A stretch of DNA of 39,028 bases, from contig JBGSMV010000056.1 in assembly GCA_041739995.1 (NCBI GenBank), positions 1 through 39,028 on the forward strand, written 5' to 3'. Of the stretch, positions 1 through 9,981 are shown one piece after another (position 1 is the stretch's first letter; every line of letters begins with the position of its first letter). This DNA comes from Bdellovibrionota bacterium. GTDB lineage: Bacteria; Bdellovibrionota_C; UBA2361; JBGSMV01. Below the pieces are notes generated by a model, which was not told the origin of the DNA, searched no databases, and saw only the letters and a list, made by a program, of their open reading frames with translations. The position numbers and the translations under genes are program-made.

Positions 1-416
1 CGCGCCCGCACGGGGCGCGACTCGAGAACCACACACCGAACACCACGACGGAGGTTTCAATCCACGCGCCCGCACGGGGCGCGACCACTCATATCAGCCC
101 CATTTTTTTGCAACCAGAATGTTTCAATCCACGCGCCCGCACGGGGCGCGACGACTTACGATTTCTTTGCGGTGCGCTACAACTAGTTTCAATCCACGCG
201 CCCGCACGGGGCGCGACGGGGCCTTTGCTCAGTCTGGTAACAGCTACCTACCTGTTTCAATCCACGCGCCCGCACGGGGCGCGACATCTTCGGCTCGCGC
301 TATCGATCACAGGACTACAGTTTCAATCCACGCGCCCGCACGGGGCGCGACGAAATGGCTGATGCTTTTGCCTTGATGGACACCGTTTCAATCCACGCGC
401 CCGCACGGGGCGCGAC
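1..416 (-). CRISPR. Type I-C CRISPR array, truncated at the window start; 32-bp repeat, 6 full copies plus 1 partial, 6 spacers
   Basis: Identical GTTTCAATCCACGCGCCCGCACGGGGCGCGAC at 54, 121, 186, 254, 320 and 385, partial at 1-21. Spacers are 32, 35, 33, 36, 34 and 33 bp. The reverse complement GTCGCGCCCCGTGCGGGCGCGTGGATTGAAAC is a typical I-C repeat; the array lies next to cas2. Confidence 0.99.
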
Positions 417-594
417 GGCCAACCTTTTATCATGATTACTTTCCGAACGTTACCCCATCATTTGCGCGAACCTCTGCGCGAGCCCGTCGTGAGTATGGGC
501 AATCGGGTGAGCAACGGGAAAATGGGAGAATTGCCGGGGTATTAGAGAATCGCGAACGTTGCTAGAGAACCATGAGCGCTGGAGGTGCGCGCGG
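417..594 (-). promoter_or_regulatory. CRISPR leader
   Basis: Non-coding segment between the cas2 stop and the first repeat. Contains GCGAAC motifs (464-474, 551-557) and a near-perfect inverted copy of 464-474 at 582-592. Confidence 0.85.
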
Positions 595-885
595 CTAAAT
601 GATCAGAACTCCTTCAGGATCGTAACCCGGCTTTGCTCCAAGATGCTCGACGCGACGCTTCCAGTTACTTCCAAGAAAGTAGAATCTAAGACTGTCCTTT
701 GACGGGTCGAACAGCGCCTCTAACTGGCTGCGAAAGGCCGTCCACTGGGCCGGATCAAGCACGCACTCGAACACGGAACTCTGAACCCGTTGGCCATGAT
801 TTTGACAGGCCTTGGCGACCTTCCGAAGTCGAGACCGCCCCTCCTTGGTCAGCGTCTCAACGTCGTAGGTTACCAAGACCATCAT
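595..885 (-). CDS. cas2: CRISPR-associated endonuclease Cas2
   Basis: MMVLVTYDV...LRKVAKAC...GQRVQSSVFEC; 96 aa; between cas1 and the array. Confidence 0.98.
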   Translation of the reverse strand: MMVLVTYDVETLTKEGRSRLRKVAKACQNHGQRVQSSVFECVLDPAQWTAFRSQLEALFDPSKDSLRFYFLGSNWKRRVEHLGAKPGYDPEGVLII

Positions 886-902
886 AAGTTAGACGGCTCC
901 CC

Positions 903-1928
903 TTATCGCCACAAGAAAGCCGGATAGGCGTTCAGGTCCCCTCTTATATGTCGCGCTAACAAAAGAGCCTGAGCAAACGGAAGCAGTCCGAGCTCAATTT
1001 TTTCCTTCAAAAATGGATGCTCAATCTCATCACGCTTTCGCTTCTGATAGGCGGAGATTACTTCCTTACGGGTCTCGGGGGACATCTCAACCGCCCCACT
1101 CTCAGTCACGGAAAAACCCGTGGGCTTCACCTGCTCGCGATTAATTAAACTAAGAACCAATCGGTCACCGACGACCGGTCGGAGCTCCTCCATGACGTCG
1201 AGCGCAAGGCTGGGGCGACCCGGCCTGTCGGCGTGGAGGAAGCCTACGCAGGGGTCTAGTCCCACACTCTCCAGGGCCGATCTCACGTCATGAGTTAAGA
1301 GAGTATAAACGAACGACAGCAGCGCGTTTACTCTATCGAGAGGCGGCCGCCGACTGCGGCCAGCGAACCTGAATTCTTCAGTTGGCCGAAGGATAAGATC
1401 GTTGAAGACTCCAAAATATGCGCGGGCCGCATCCCCCTCGATACCTCGCAACTCGTCCACACAGGTTGCCTTCTCAGCGTAAAACAAAGACTGCCCAAGG
1501 GCGTCGACCACAGCAGATACAGTGTCGAGCGGGGCATCTCTCTCTCGATTGAATCTCTGGAGAACTCTCCTGGCATTCGCCATCTTTCCAACGACGAAAG
1601 ACACTGCCAAGTCACGGGATCCCTTCGGATTGTCCGCAAGACGATAGTGCGCGCGCCGGAGAAGAACATTTCCGTGCACGCGGCCAAGCGTGCGTGCCAC
1701 AAACCGACCATTCTCCGTGAGAAAGGATAGGCCAATTTGCTGCTCTGCGCACAAACCAAGGGCGGAGGAGGAGACGGCAACATTCCCGAAACAGACCACC
1801 CCTTCAAGGTTAAGAACCGGTAAGCGGAGCTTACCGGAATCCTCGTTGGATATGAGAATCGTGTCACCCTCCCTGGTGAGGTACCCGCCCTGAGAGGTTA
1901 CATAAAGTGTATTCAGCAGCTTTCGCAT
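903..1928 (-). CDS. cas1: Type I-C Cas1 integrase
   Basis: MRKLLNTLYVT start, LRGIEGDAA, GRSRRPPLDRVNALLSF, GFLH...SLALDVMEELR. Confidence 0.98.
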   Translation of the reverse strand: MRKLLNTLYVTSQGGYLTREGDTILISNEDSGKLRLPVLNLEGVVCFGNVAVSSSALGLCAEQQIGLSFLTENGRFVARTLGRVHGNVLLRRAHYRLADNPKGSRDLAVSFVVGKMANARRVLQRFNRERDAPLDTVSAVVDALGQSLFYAEKATCVDELRGIEGDAARAYFGVFNDLILRPTEEFRFAGRSRRPPLDRVNALLSFVYTLLTHDVRSALESVGLDPCVGFLHADRPGRPSLALDVMEELRPVVGDRLVLSLINREQVKPTGFSVTESGAVEMSPETRKEVISAYQKRKRDEIEHPFLKEKIELGLLPFAQALLLARHIRGDLNAYPAFLWR

Positions 1929-1935
1929 CCGAATC

Positions 1936-2568
1936 CTAAACTGACTTACGCCAACTGGTCAGGTACTCTGTCACATCCGACGGGCTGCCGGTGACATCCG
2001 GTAGGCACACACGAAACAAGGAGCAACTGTCACATTTGGGCTCACGAACGGCTCGGGGAGTAGCCTGTAGCTCGAGCATCCGACGGAGCGCTTGAATAGT
2101 CTCAACAGTCTTCTTTCGCAGATCTGCTGTAACCGCAAACCCATGTCGTCGCCGAACCTTTCCATAAAAGATCTCCGCAAACGAGATAGTTGTTCCAAGC
2201 ATCTCCTCAAGGCAGAGCGCCTGGGCGCAAACCTGAACCTCATCACTACGATCGGGCTTTACCGTACCGCGCTTGTATTCGATCGGAACAACGACCAAGC
2301 TGTCCGAGTCATAGCGGAACTCGACAACGTCAGCTTGCCCTATCAGGCCGAGAGTTAAAGAACGCAACCTGAGGCCGCGAACGGTACGAATATCTCCGCG
2401 GCGCTCCTGGCCTCCTTCATGTGCACGCTCGTGTAGCAAGCGACCTTCAGCGGTCAATACACTCTCAACCCACTGCTGCTCAATGTGAATCAGTGCACAC
2501 TGACGAGGGCAGAACACGTAGTGCTGGAGGGCTGAGATAGGGATGAGGTCATTGTCGTCATACACCAT
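1936..2568 (-). CDS. cas4: CRISPR-associated nuclease Cas4
   Basis: ISALQHYVFCPRQ, G-x-ADVVE...PIEYKRG, QVCAQALCLEEM, C-terminal CDSCSLFRVC Fe-S cysteines. Confidence 0.97.
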   Translation of the reverse strand: MVYDDNDLIPISALQHYVFCPRQCALIHIEQQWVESVLTAEGRLLHERAHEGGQERRGDIRTVRGLRLRSLTLGLIGQADVVEFRYDSDSLVVVPIEYKRGTVKPDRSDEVQVCAQALCLEEMLGTTISFAEIFYGKVRRRHGFAVTADLRKKTVETIQALRRMLELQATPRAVREPKCDSCSLFRVCLPDVTGSPSDVTEYLTSWRKSV

Positions 2569-2570
2569 CC

Positions 2571-3455
2571 TTAGAACCCAGGAATCAACTCGGGCGTAAG
2601 ACCAGAGATCTCTCCTACTGTCACATTTCCACTTGCATCAACGACAACGGATCCATGCACCTTGGCCGAGGAAAGCTGACCGGCACGAGACGAATGTCTC
2701 CACCAGATGAGCTTTACGACTGACATACTTCCCTCCGGTCGCGCTGACGATGCATCGTTCTCAAACAGTTTGGGCAGCACTTCCTTTATAACGGCCGCAT
2801 CAGCATCAGAGAATCCTGTGCGGTCGGCAAGCTGGGGGTTCATGCTCCCGAAGAATACATACACACCGCTGTCGACACGGTGCTTCATGCCCATGGTGTC
2901 AGAGCCACGTTTGGAACCGTCACCTTCTCCACTGACGCTCTTGGTTATCTGGGTGCTAGTAACACTAACCGGCTCGATACTAAAGGCAGACTGAATGGAG
3001 ACGGGCCCACGAATAGGAATAGACACGCCAGCTCCGCCACCCTTACCTTCCCCTTTCTCGCTAGGATCCTTCTTGCTCGCTGCGAAGGCGAAAAGTTGCC
3101 CAAACGCGCGCACGTCAAGCCACTTCTCGCACGCAGCACGAGCTGTCTTAACTGCTTTCGTCGGATCCTTGGGATCCGCTTTGAACGCATTCCTACCAAG
3201 GCCAACCGTCTCAGACTCTGCACGCGCGCGCAGACTTGTAGCGTCGTCAACCTTTGAATCATCGCTCTGAACAAAAATGGAACAACCTCGCTCTATCAGT
3301 CGATTTCGGATCTTCCGCTTAATACAGACATCCGTGATCTCTCCGTGACCCTCGATATCCGTCCGTGGCCGATTTCCGTTTAGCGGATCTCCATTCGGAT
3401 TTGCATTGTTGACCTTTAAAATAACTGCAAAGTCGATCTTATTGCTCAGTGACAT
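2571..3455 (-). CDS. cas7: Type I-C Cas7 (Csd2)
   Basis: ANPNGDPLNGNRPR, TDVCIKRKIRN, DVRAFG, SIPIRGPV, SSARPEGSM. Confidence 0.97.
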   Translation of the reverse strand: MSLSNKIDFAVILKVNNANPNGDPLNGNRPRTDIEGHGEITDVCIKRKIRNRLIERGCSIFVQSDDSKVDDATSLRARAESETVGLGRNAFKADPKDPTKAVKTARAACEKWLDVRAFGQLFAFAASKKDPSEKGEGKGGGAGVSIPIRGPVSIQSAFSIEPVSVTSTQITKSVSGEGDGSKRGSDTMGMKHRVDSGVYVFFGSMNPQLADRTGFSDADAAVIKEVLPKLFENDASSARPEGSMSVVKLIWWRHSSRAGQLSSAKVHGSVVVDASGNVTVGEISGLTPELIPGF

Positions 3456-3490
3456 AATTAGACCTCCAAACTATCAATGAATCATCCCTG

Positions 3491-3895
3491 CTAGGGCCTA
3501 GTATTTTCTATCTCCGACTGAACTTCATCATCCTTACGACGTTGCAACTCGCGCCGCTGGCAGTGATACCCCAGCAGAAATTCACCGGTGAGCGGCGTGT
3601 CGAGCTGAAAATCCCCCACTTCGAACAACGCGAACACTCCATCAATCTCGTTCATTAAATTGACGAGATATCCCGGCATGCGCGCTCGGATTCTCGCCTT
3701 GTAGGGGGCGAGCTGCAGCTCGATAGTTCGCCACGTCGAGCACGGGCGCTCGCTAAAACGCTGCATCAGTCGCATCGCGGTCGTATCACGCGTTTCTCCC
3801 GCAAAACTCAGCGCTACGCTCTCGACCTTTTCTGCTATCGCTAAAAGCCTACCATACAGGTAATCGCGAGTTGTTCGATCTCGTTCGAGTGTCAT
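3491..3895 (-). CDS. cas11: Cas11c small subunit, translated from an internal start in cas8c (134 aa)
   Basis: In-frame ATG at 3895 (MTLERDRTTRDYLYGRLLA) with GGAGG 9 nt upstream (3905-3909). Internal Cas11 translation is established for type I-C. Confidence 0.8.
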   Translation of the reverse strand: MTLERDRTTRDYLYGRLLAIAEKVESVALSFAGETRDTTAMRLMQRFSERPCSTWRTIELQLAPYKARIRARMPGYLVNLMNEIDGVFALFEVGDFQLDTPLTGEFLLGYHCQRRELQRRKDDEVQSEIENTRP

Positions 3896-5473
3896 AGAGA
3901 AGTTCCTCCGCAAATCAAGATTAACGTGGGTAGCCAAGTGGCCCTTGAACAGCGCGCATGCCGTGCCTAGTGTGTTCTCCCATTGGCACCGGTCCTTATG
4001 CGCCACCGCGTTGCAGGAACGGCGCACAGCATTCTGAACAAAATCATAGGGAAGCGGTCGTCCCTCCATGATACATGGAATGATCCGCTGGATCGACCGC
4101 CGTACAATGGGATCGTCATCACCGCGGACGGAATACGCCGCATAAACGATATCACGCGGGGAAGGCGCCGCTTCGACAATGGTGATCGCATCACCCTTTC
4201 TTACTTTCCCCTGTCCCTGTACTGGCAGACTAAGCGACCATGCGAATGAGTTATGCCAGTCTTGCAGTCGAGCTAGGAACTCAGAGCCCCGCAAGACGTG
4301 CCAGTAAATGACGGACATTCGCCCCGGGGTAGCTGCGTCAATTCCCAGCACCGCGACTGAGTCATCGCTGGGGAGCTGAGCCGCATATCCGGCGATAAGC
4401 TTCCTTAGTTTTCTGGCGAACATTTGGCCAACATCGCCTACGCTGTCGTGCGTCGAGATGGGTGACATTAGCGCAGGATCAATTTCTTGAAACAATTGCA
4501 GCGTGCTGACAAACGGCTGCGGTATCTGCTTCCCACTAGTTGACCAAGCGACAAACGTCTGTTCGTCAATTCGAGAGCCCTGGCGTGCTATAAGCCAACG
4601 CAAGGCGTTATGCGCCTTCTCCGTCACCTCGAGTGCGACCTGGCAGGCTTGATTACCTGTAGTGTCGGTGAAACGTCCGAGGAATGTAAAGTTGGTCTTA
4701 TCGTTAGAGGAGACTAGCTTGGCGTTGTCGCCACCATGTCTGATTCGCTTGGGGTGTTGCCTTGCGAGGATTCCTTCTCGACCACTCACATAGCAAAGTC
4801 CGGGGAGTACTTGATCGTCATCATCCACACGCAACGCAAGATACTGTTGCCATGAGCTAATCAGGGACGGATCGTTCCAGGTAGTAGAGTCGGGGTCACC
4901 TGGAGTCTCAACAACCCACCGGATAAAGGCACTCCCCTGTTCGAACTCGCCCTCCTTTCTGGTCAAATACTTGAAGATATCTGAGGTCCCCTCGGCCCCC
5001 TTCGCAGGAATGGTAAGTAATTTTTGCTCCTGATCGAGCAAGACGATATTAGACTTTACAAGGTCGGCAACTAACCGCCGCTGAGAAACATATTGCTTAA
5101 CCGCAAGGATTTTTGGGTGCACATACGGCGACTCGGACCAGTCTCGCAGTTGCTGAAAATATAGGCTGAATGCTCTGCTCTCCCCATCTGTGAAGTGTCC
5201 GAAATCTCCGGCGCAATACATTAGTTTATCGGAAAGCGGGTGAGCCTCCAGCCCACTAGTTCTGCCGGCGGACTTCTCGGTGGCTGGAATTACCGTCGGA
5301 TCCTTCCCGATAAGCCGCGCGCGCAGAAAGTTACCCTCGCCATCAATCGCTACTTCGATGTGCACATTCTGGGTAATATGCCCGGGAGGAAGGAGTCTAT
5401 GCACCCCCTGTTGGAACTTTGGATCCCGAGAACAACGCTCGTAAGTCTCGTATAGGGCCGACATCCAGGTCAT
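3491..5473 (-). CDS. cas8c: Type I-C large subunit Cas8c (Csd1)
   Basis: Start placed at MTWMSALYETY (ATG 5473, overlapping the cas5 stop). SAGRTSG..AHPLSDKL, AKLVSSND, KAHNALRWLI, DYLYGRLLA, FLLGYHCQR. Confidence 0.95.
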   Translation of the reverse strand: MTWMSALYETYERCSRDPKFQQGVHRLLPPGHITQNVHIEVAIDGEGNFLRARLIGKDPTVIPATEKSAGRTSGLEAHPLSDKLMYCAGDFGHFTDGESRAFSLYFQQLRDWSESPYVHPKILAVKQYVSQRRLVADLVKSNIVLLDQEQKLLTIPAKGAEGTSDIFKYLTRKEGEFEQGSAFIRWVVETPGDPDSTTWNDPSLISSWQQYLALRVDDDDQVLPGLCYVSGREGILARQHPKRIRHGGDNAKLVSSNDKTNFTFLGRFTDTTGNQACQVALEVTEKAHNALRWLIARQGSRIDEQTFVAWSTSGKQIPQPFVSTLQLFQEIDPALMSPISTHDSVGDVGQMFARKLRKLIAGYAAQLPSDDSVAVLGIDAATPGRMSVIYWHVLRGSEFLARLQDWHNSFAWSLSLPVQGQGKVRKGDAITIVEAAPSPRDIVYAAYSVRGDDDPIVRRSIQRIIPCIMEGRPLPYDFVQNAVRRSCNAVAHKDRCQWENTLGTACALFKGHLATHVNLDLRRNFSMTLERDRTTRDYLYGRLLAIAEKVESVALSFAGETRDTTAMRLMQRFSERPCSTWRTIELQLAPYKARIRARMPGYLVNLMNEIDGVFALFEVGDFQLDTPLTGEFLLGYHCQRRELQRRKDDEVQSEIENTRP

Positions 5474-6180
5474 AAACGCCGCTCTTCGACATCGACAGGG
5501 GTGAAGTCCGTTTCGGGAGAGAACACCTTCGGTGTCATGGGTCGGACGACACGACGTAGCGTACAAGCTTCAGGGCGGGGAAACTCGACCACACCCTTTC
5601 GCATTACGGGCTGCCAAAGTTGGGCGCCCAACTCATGGGTGCCCGACTCATCAGGATAGGAAAAGCTATGAAACATAATTGGGTAGGCAAGTTGATCGAT
5701 CTGGTCGTAATGTCCAGACCCCGAGCCAAAGCCACACGGCTCAACATACCCCTGACACTCGCGGGTGCCGAGAAAAATGTCTTGTCGTCCCCCCTTTTCT
5801 AGCGATCGCTTTGCCATGCTGAAGTGCTTTCCATCAACTCTATCGTGCGCGAGTTCTGTGCGATACATGTTCCACTCAAAATGGGCCAACACTTGGTACT
5901 CGACGTGGGAAAGATAAGTGTAATTTGAGAGGGAATTCGACGATGCGTCATCGTATAGGATCGGCTTCACTGCTTTGCTCTGCATTTGAATGGGCCTCAC
6001 CACCCGGACCTGGTCGATGTACCAGATTAACGTGGGCTTCCAGTAGATCGATTTCACAATCCCCTTCAGGGCTTCATAGGTCGGAATGTGATACGAACAC
6101 TTTTCGCCGCCAATCCGGGTGATCGGATCAGTAAACAACGCGTACCGCCCCCATACCTTAAACTCGATCGAATTTTTCAT
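5470..6180 (-). CDS. cas5: Type I-C Cas5 (Cas5d) crRNA-processing subunit
   Basis: Start at MKNSIEFKVWGRYALFTDP (GGAGG upstream). SYHIPTYEALKGI..SIYWKP, GGRQDIFLGTREC. Confidence 0.97.
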   Translation of the reverse strand: MKNSIEFKVWGRYALFTDPITRIGGEKCSYHIPTYEALKGIVKSIYWKPTLIWYIDQVRVVRPIQMQSKAVKPILYDDASSNSLSNYTYLSHVEYQVLAHFEWNMYRTELAHDRVDGKHFSMAKRSLEKGGRQDIFLGTRECQGYVEPCGFGSGSGHYDQIDQLAYPIMFHSFSYPDESGTHELGAQLWQPVMRKGVVEFPRPEACTLRRVVRPMTPKVFSPETDFTPVDVEERRL

Positions 6181-6190
6181 AGTGGGCCTC

Positions 6191-8674
6191 CTAAAAAATG
6201 GTGTCTGAAAGAGCGTTGACAGCCTCCTCGCTGAGACCGAACTCTTCACTATAGTAACGCTCGTCCAGGACAAGCAGACCGGTGTCGTGCTGCACTTCTT
6301 GGAGTGCCCCAATCTCGCTTAGATTATGGAGCAATCCCGGGAAGACATTAACGGTATAACGTTGCGCCAATTTTAGAAGACCGTACTGAAGAGTGAGGTC
6401 AAATGCTGCATATAGGTCAGCCACCAATTCTCGACCGAACTGGCCATACGGCACAATGACACCACGAGTCGGAGCGTCGATAGCCTCAAAAACCTTACCG
6501 CCTGTTTTGAAGGCAGACCTAAGGGGCAGGTCCGCGCTGACTGAGTTCCTGTTCTCTCCCAGAAGGGAAAGTAACGTGTCGTCTCTACCGAATCTCTCCG
6601 CCGCCACCGGATAACACATCCGCTCGGCGCGGTCGAAGAAGTAGTAGTTGAAGTATCTCCTCATCGACTCCGGAGAGAGGAGATCCCCACCCAGCGCCGA
6701 GGGGTCGCGATTGAACTCATCGAGCAGACGTCTCGTCATCTCGGCGCCGATTCTTATGTCTTCAAGAGAGTCAATTTTCTCCCAGTCTGCGTTTACTATG
6801 TAGGTTCTGCCGAAGACTGCTCGCCCATTTCGATTGCATCGGCCGGCCGCCTGAGCAATCGAATCCAGCCCCGCGATCATTCGGACTACGGTGGAAAAGT
6901 CGATGTCTACTCCCGCTTCGATAAGCTGAGTGCTGACGCACACGAACTTTTCTCTCCCGAGCTTCTTCTTTACGTCGGACAAAACCGACATGCGATGCGC
7001 GGGGCACATGGCGGTGCTCAGATGGGCGCATTGCACTCCGAGCCGTCGTGCGGCTTCGTAGACCGCGCGTGCCGCTCGTTTGGTATTTACAATGACCAAG
7101 CAGTCTCCGAGCTCTGCTGCCTGAGAGGTGGCCAACTCAGCGATTTCCTCCGCTGTCCATCCGCCTGGTCTTTGTCGATCGACAATCTCAACACGTCTAA
7201 GCCGTTTAAAGAGTCCTGGGACGTCAGGGATGATCTCGCTCGACGGTGCTATATCGAGAGCTCCACTTGTTCGATCCTTAAGCTCTCCCAGCAGTGGCTG
7301 CGTTGCGGTACATAAAACAGCCGTAGACCCACAGACTTTAACCAGATAGTTTAGTGCGTTGCAAAACATGTGAACGCACCGAATCGGAAGGGTTTGAATC
7401 TCGTCGAAAATTAGAACCGACTTGGTCAGCTGGTGCAGTCGTCGGACGCCACGCGTCCCACCACTAAACATGGCTTCCAATACTTGCACGCTGGTTGTGA
7501 ATACGATCGGGGCATCCCAGTTCTCGGACAGCGTCTTTGCCCTCCATAGGTTCTTGTCCGGGGTGAGATTTGAATGATGCTCAAGCACGACTGAACCGAA
7601 CAAGTCCTCGGTAGCGGACTCCAGTATGTCACGCACGACGGCGGCGTTCTGATCGATAATTGAGGTGTATGGTATTACATAGACAATCCGCTCAAGTCCA
7701 TGTGCTTCGGCGTGCTTTAAGCCGAATCGTAGGCTTGCCAGAGTTTTTCCGCCGCCCGTGGGTACCGTCAGAGTAAAAAGACCAGTTGGGTCCGCTCCTC
7801 GTGCTAAACAAGACTCACTGACCTTGCTTCTTAATTGTCCTATTGGATCGGCGGCACTCATCTTGCGCAGTTTAACCTCCAATCGCTCACGAAGTATGCC
7901 CCAAGATACATATTGTCCATGCTGTCGATGAGCCGCTGCTTTCCTTTTCTCAAAATCGGCCGTGTCTTGTCGATCGGCATCTATCAGACAGCTGAATAGG
8001 TATCGAACAGCCAAGCCAAACTGAAATGGAATGGCCGGCGCCGATTGGTCAGCACCTGGGCGCCCGAGCTCATGGGAAATCACTCGACTCAAGTGATCAA
8101 AGACGGAATTCGTCACACTTTCCGACGCTAAGAGCTCAGAGATACGAGCCATAATTTGCTGATCTGCCTTCTCTATAACCTCGTCAAAATGGGTGCGCTC
8201 GTATGGCTTGAACATGCGCCGCTCGAATGTTGATGGCGCTCCTATCTCGTCTTCGGGGCTCACGCAGTCAATCAGCCCCGAGTGATGGGAGGCCACACAG
8301 AGGGCAAGCATCTGTCCAACTAATCGACCCTTCGGACCTCGATCCTTTAGGGTATTCCAGACCAGCTGTGCCCCAGCAGTAGAATGATCAATTCTCCCCC
8401 TATGAGACTCGGAGTCGATATATCCATCTTCATCCGCATTAATTCGTCCCGCTGCGGATCGAAGGTATGACTGAAACTCCGCGCTATACTTCCCAAGATC
8501 ATGCAATAGGCCTATCAGCTCCCCGACGTCCGGCATACCAACCTTTGCGGCTGCCTTACGAGCCAATTGGGCAACGCCGAGCAGATGCTCCGCGACGCTT
8601 TGATCAGCGTGACTCCCTTCACCTGGATGCGCAATAAAGGCAGTCTCAATAGCCAATCGAACCTCCCTCACCAT
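6191..8674 (-). CDS. cas3: Cas3 HD nuclease-helicase
   Basis: EHL, LLHDLGK, DHS, HH and DAD HD-domain motifs; PTGGGKT, DEIQ, TAT, STQLIEAGVDID, QAAGRCNR. Confidence 0.98.
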   Translation of the reverse strand: MVREVRLAIETAFIAHPGEGSHADQSVAEHLLGVAQLARKAAAKVGMPDVGELIGLLHDLGKYSAEFQSYLRSAAGRINADEDGYIDSESHRGRIDHSTAGAQLVWNTLKDRGPKGRLVGQMLALCVASHHSGLIDCVSPEDEIGAPSTFERRMFKPYERTHFDEVIEKADQQIMARISELLASESVTNSVFDHLSRVISHELGRPGADQSAPAIPFQFGLAVRYLFSCLIDADRQDTADFEKRKAAAHRQHGQYVSWGILRERLEVKLRKMSAADPIGQLRSKVSESCLARGADPTGLFTLTVPTGGGKTLASLRFGLKHAEAHGLERIVYVIPYTSIIDQNAAVVRDILESATEDLFGSVVLEHHSNLTPDKNLWRAKTLSENWDAPIVFTTSVQVLEAMFSGGTRGVRRLHQLTKSVLIFDEIQTLPIRCVHMFCNALNYLVKVCGSTAVLCTATQPLLGELKDRTSGALDIAPSSEIIPDVPGLFKRLRRVEIVDRQRPGGWTAEEIAELATSQAAELGDCLVIVNTKRAARAVYEAARRLGVQCAHLSTAMCPAHRMSVLSDVKKKLGREKFVCVSTQLIEAGVDIDFSTVVRMIAGLDSIAQAAGRCNRNGRAVFGRTYIVNADWEKIDSLEDIRIGAEMTRRLLDEFNRDPSALGGDLLSPESMRRYFNYYFFDRAERMCYPVAAERFGRDDTLLSLLGENRNSVSADLPLRSAFKTGGKVFEAIDAPTRGVIVPYGQFGRELVADLYAAFDLTLQYGLLKLAQRYTVNVFPGLLHNLSEIGALQEVQHDTGLLVLDERYYSEEFGLSEEAVNALSDTIF

Positions 8675-9083
8675 CGGATGCCATATTTGTTAGCTTCCAT
8701 GGCCACCAAATATTTGCCTAAATTTGAATGCCAGCATTCCGAGCCCAATCCCCGGAGTCAAAAGAATAGGCTAACATCTTTGTCATTCCGTGCGCCTTCC
8801 TGCGAGTAAGCAGACGACAGCGCCCATTCGACCACTGGTCTTCCCTCCAACGAGTGGTGTAAAAAAAGATCATCGACTGGACTCTCTGCCGTGTAGGGTG
8901 ATTGACCCCTTGAATTAAACTCAGTGCCTGAACCGAAGTGGCCTGCGATCTTCCGTCGTTGTCGGCAGTAGCTTGCATCAGGTCCAATTTTGAGTCCCCT
9001 TAGATGTCTCACCGTTTTGTATCTCAGGATTAGACCCAGATCGAGCAAAAAATGGTTAGCACTCCAAGAGATCATTCCCCCCC

Positions 9084-9890
9084 CTACCTCACCACCGCAT
9101 CCGGCGCGAACCCCAGGATAAAATCAATCACGTCCGGGCGCTGAATGTTTACAAAGCCAGAGATTGAACCCGACTCACAGCCACCCTTGTTAAATGAGGT
9201 TATCCCGACAAGGCTGCTTACGCCGTTCGATATTTGAATGGCGGGACCGCCCGAGTCACCTTGGCAAACAGCGCTGCCCGTGTCGTCGAAAGTTGCGCCG
9301 AAGAGCCCATTTTGGATTGCGGCTACTTTCATCTCGCCTGCTTTCAGAGCCGCTTCCCCGTTTTGAAGGCGATCGATTAGATCTTCATTGTTCTCATCTA
9401 AACCGTACCCAAAGATCGTAATCGACTCATTGACCTCAAGATCATCGCCAAAGAGCAATGGCACGGGACCGATATTAGTAGGCGTTGAAATCTTTAGCAT
9501 ACCAATGTCGTAGGGGTTTCCGGCGACCGGTGCGACTCGCCAGAGCGGGTGTACCAGATACTCTCCACCTGCGGCGAGCAATCGGGTCTGGGAGAATAGC
9601 CGAGCCGCTACCGCATCATCGAAGCAGTGGCCGGCAGTCAGCACGGTAGTGACAGAGATCATAGTGCCTGAGCAAGTTTTAACGCGACCGAATCGGTCTA
9701 GAACTATAAGAGCAACCACCGGACTCTCCCCACCCTCGCACTGCTCACCACCGGTGACGCGTGCGGAGCGAGCACCAAGAGTGTCACATGAACTACTGCC
9801 ACCCCCGCCCCCACCACCACACCCAGCCATCATCGAAGCAAACAGAACACTCGAAGCAACCAAGACAGAAGTAGCAAGAACTGAACGCAT
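9084..9890 (-). CDS. Secreted trypsin-like (S1) serine protease, lipoprotein
   Basis: Lipobox MAGC, Gly/Ser linker, R|VTGG activation-like site, catalytic TAGHC, YDIG and GDSGGP. Confidence 0.92.
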   Translation of the reverse strand: MRSVLATSVLVASSVLFASMMAGCGGGGGGGSSSCDTLGARSARVTGGEQCEGGESPVVALIVLDRFGRVKTCSGTMISVTTVLTAGHCFDDAVAARLFSQTRLLAAGGEYLVHPLWRVAPVAGNPYDIGMLKISTPTNIGPVPLLFGDDLEVNESITIFGYGLDENNEDLIDRLQNGEAALKAGEMKVAAIQNGLFGATFDDTGSAVCQGDSGGPAIQISNGVSSLVGITSFNKGGCESGSISGFVNIQRPDVIDFILGFAPDAVVR

Positions 9891-9981
9891 AAATATTCCT
9901 CCCTACGTGAGAAGTGTTGCGAGCGGAATAGTGCGAGGAATCAAAGCCGGAATAAAGGAAGTACCCCAAGACGCGGGGTGG

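Noticed and set aside
108..376. ORFs 108-362 and 119-376
   Set aside because: They are translations of CRISPR repeats and spacers.
8675..9083. Small ORFs, or a mini-array/CreTA-like RNA upstream of cas3
   Set aside because: No degenerate copy of the CRISPR repeat was seen and the ORFs have no motifs; most likely promoter region.
9084..9890. S1 protease as a CRISPR-associated effector protease
   Set aside because: It has a lipoprotein signal and a zymogen-like site, so it is exported. It has no sensor domain (CARF/SAVED), and type I-C makes no cyclic oligonucleotide signal. Adjacency alone is insufficient.
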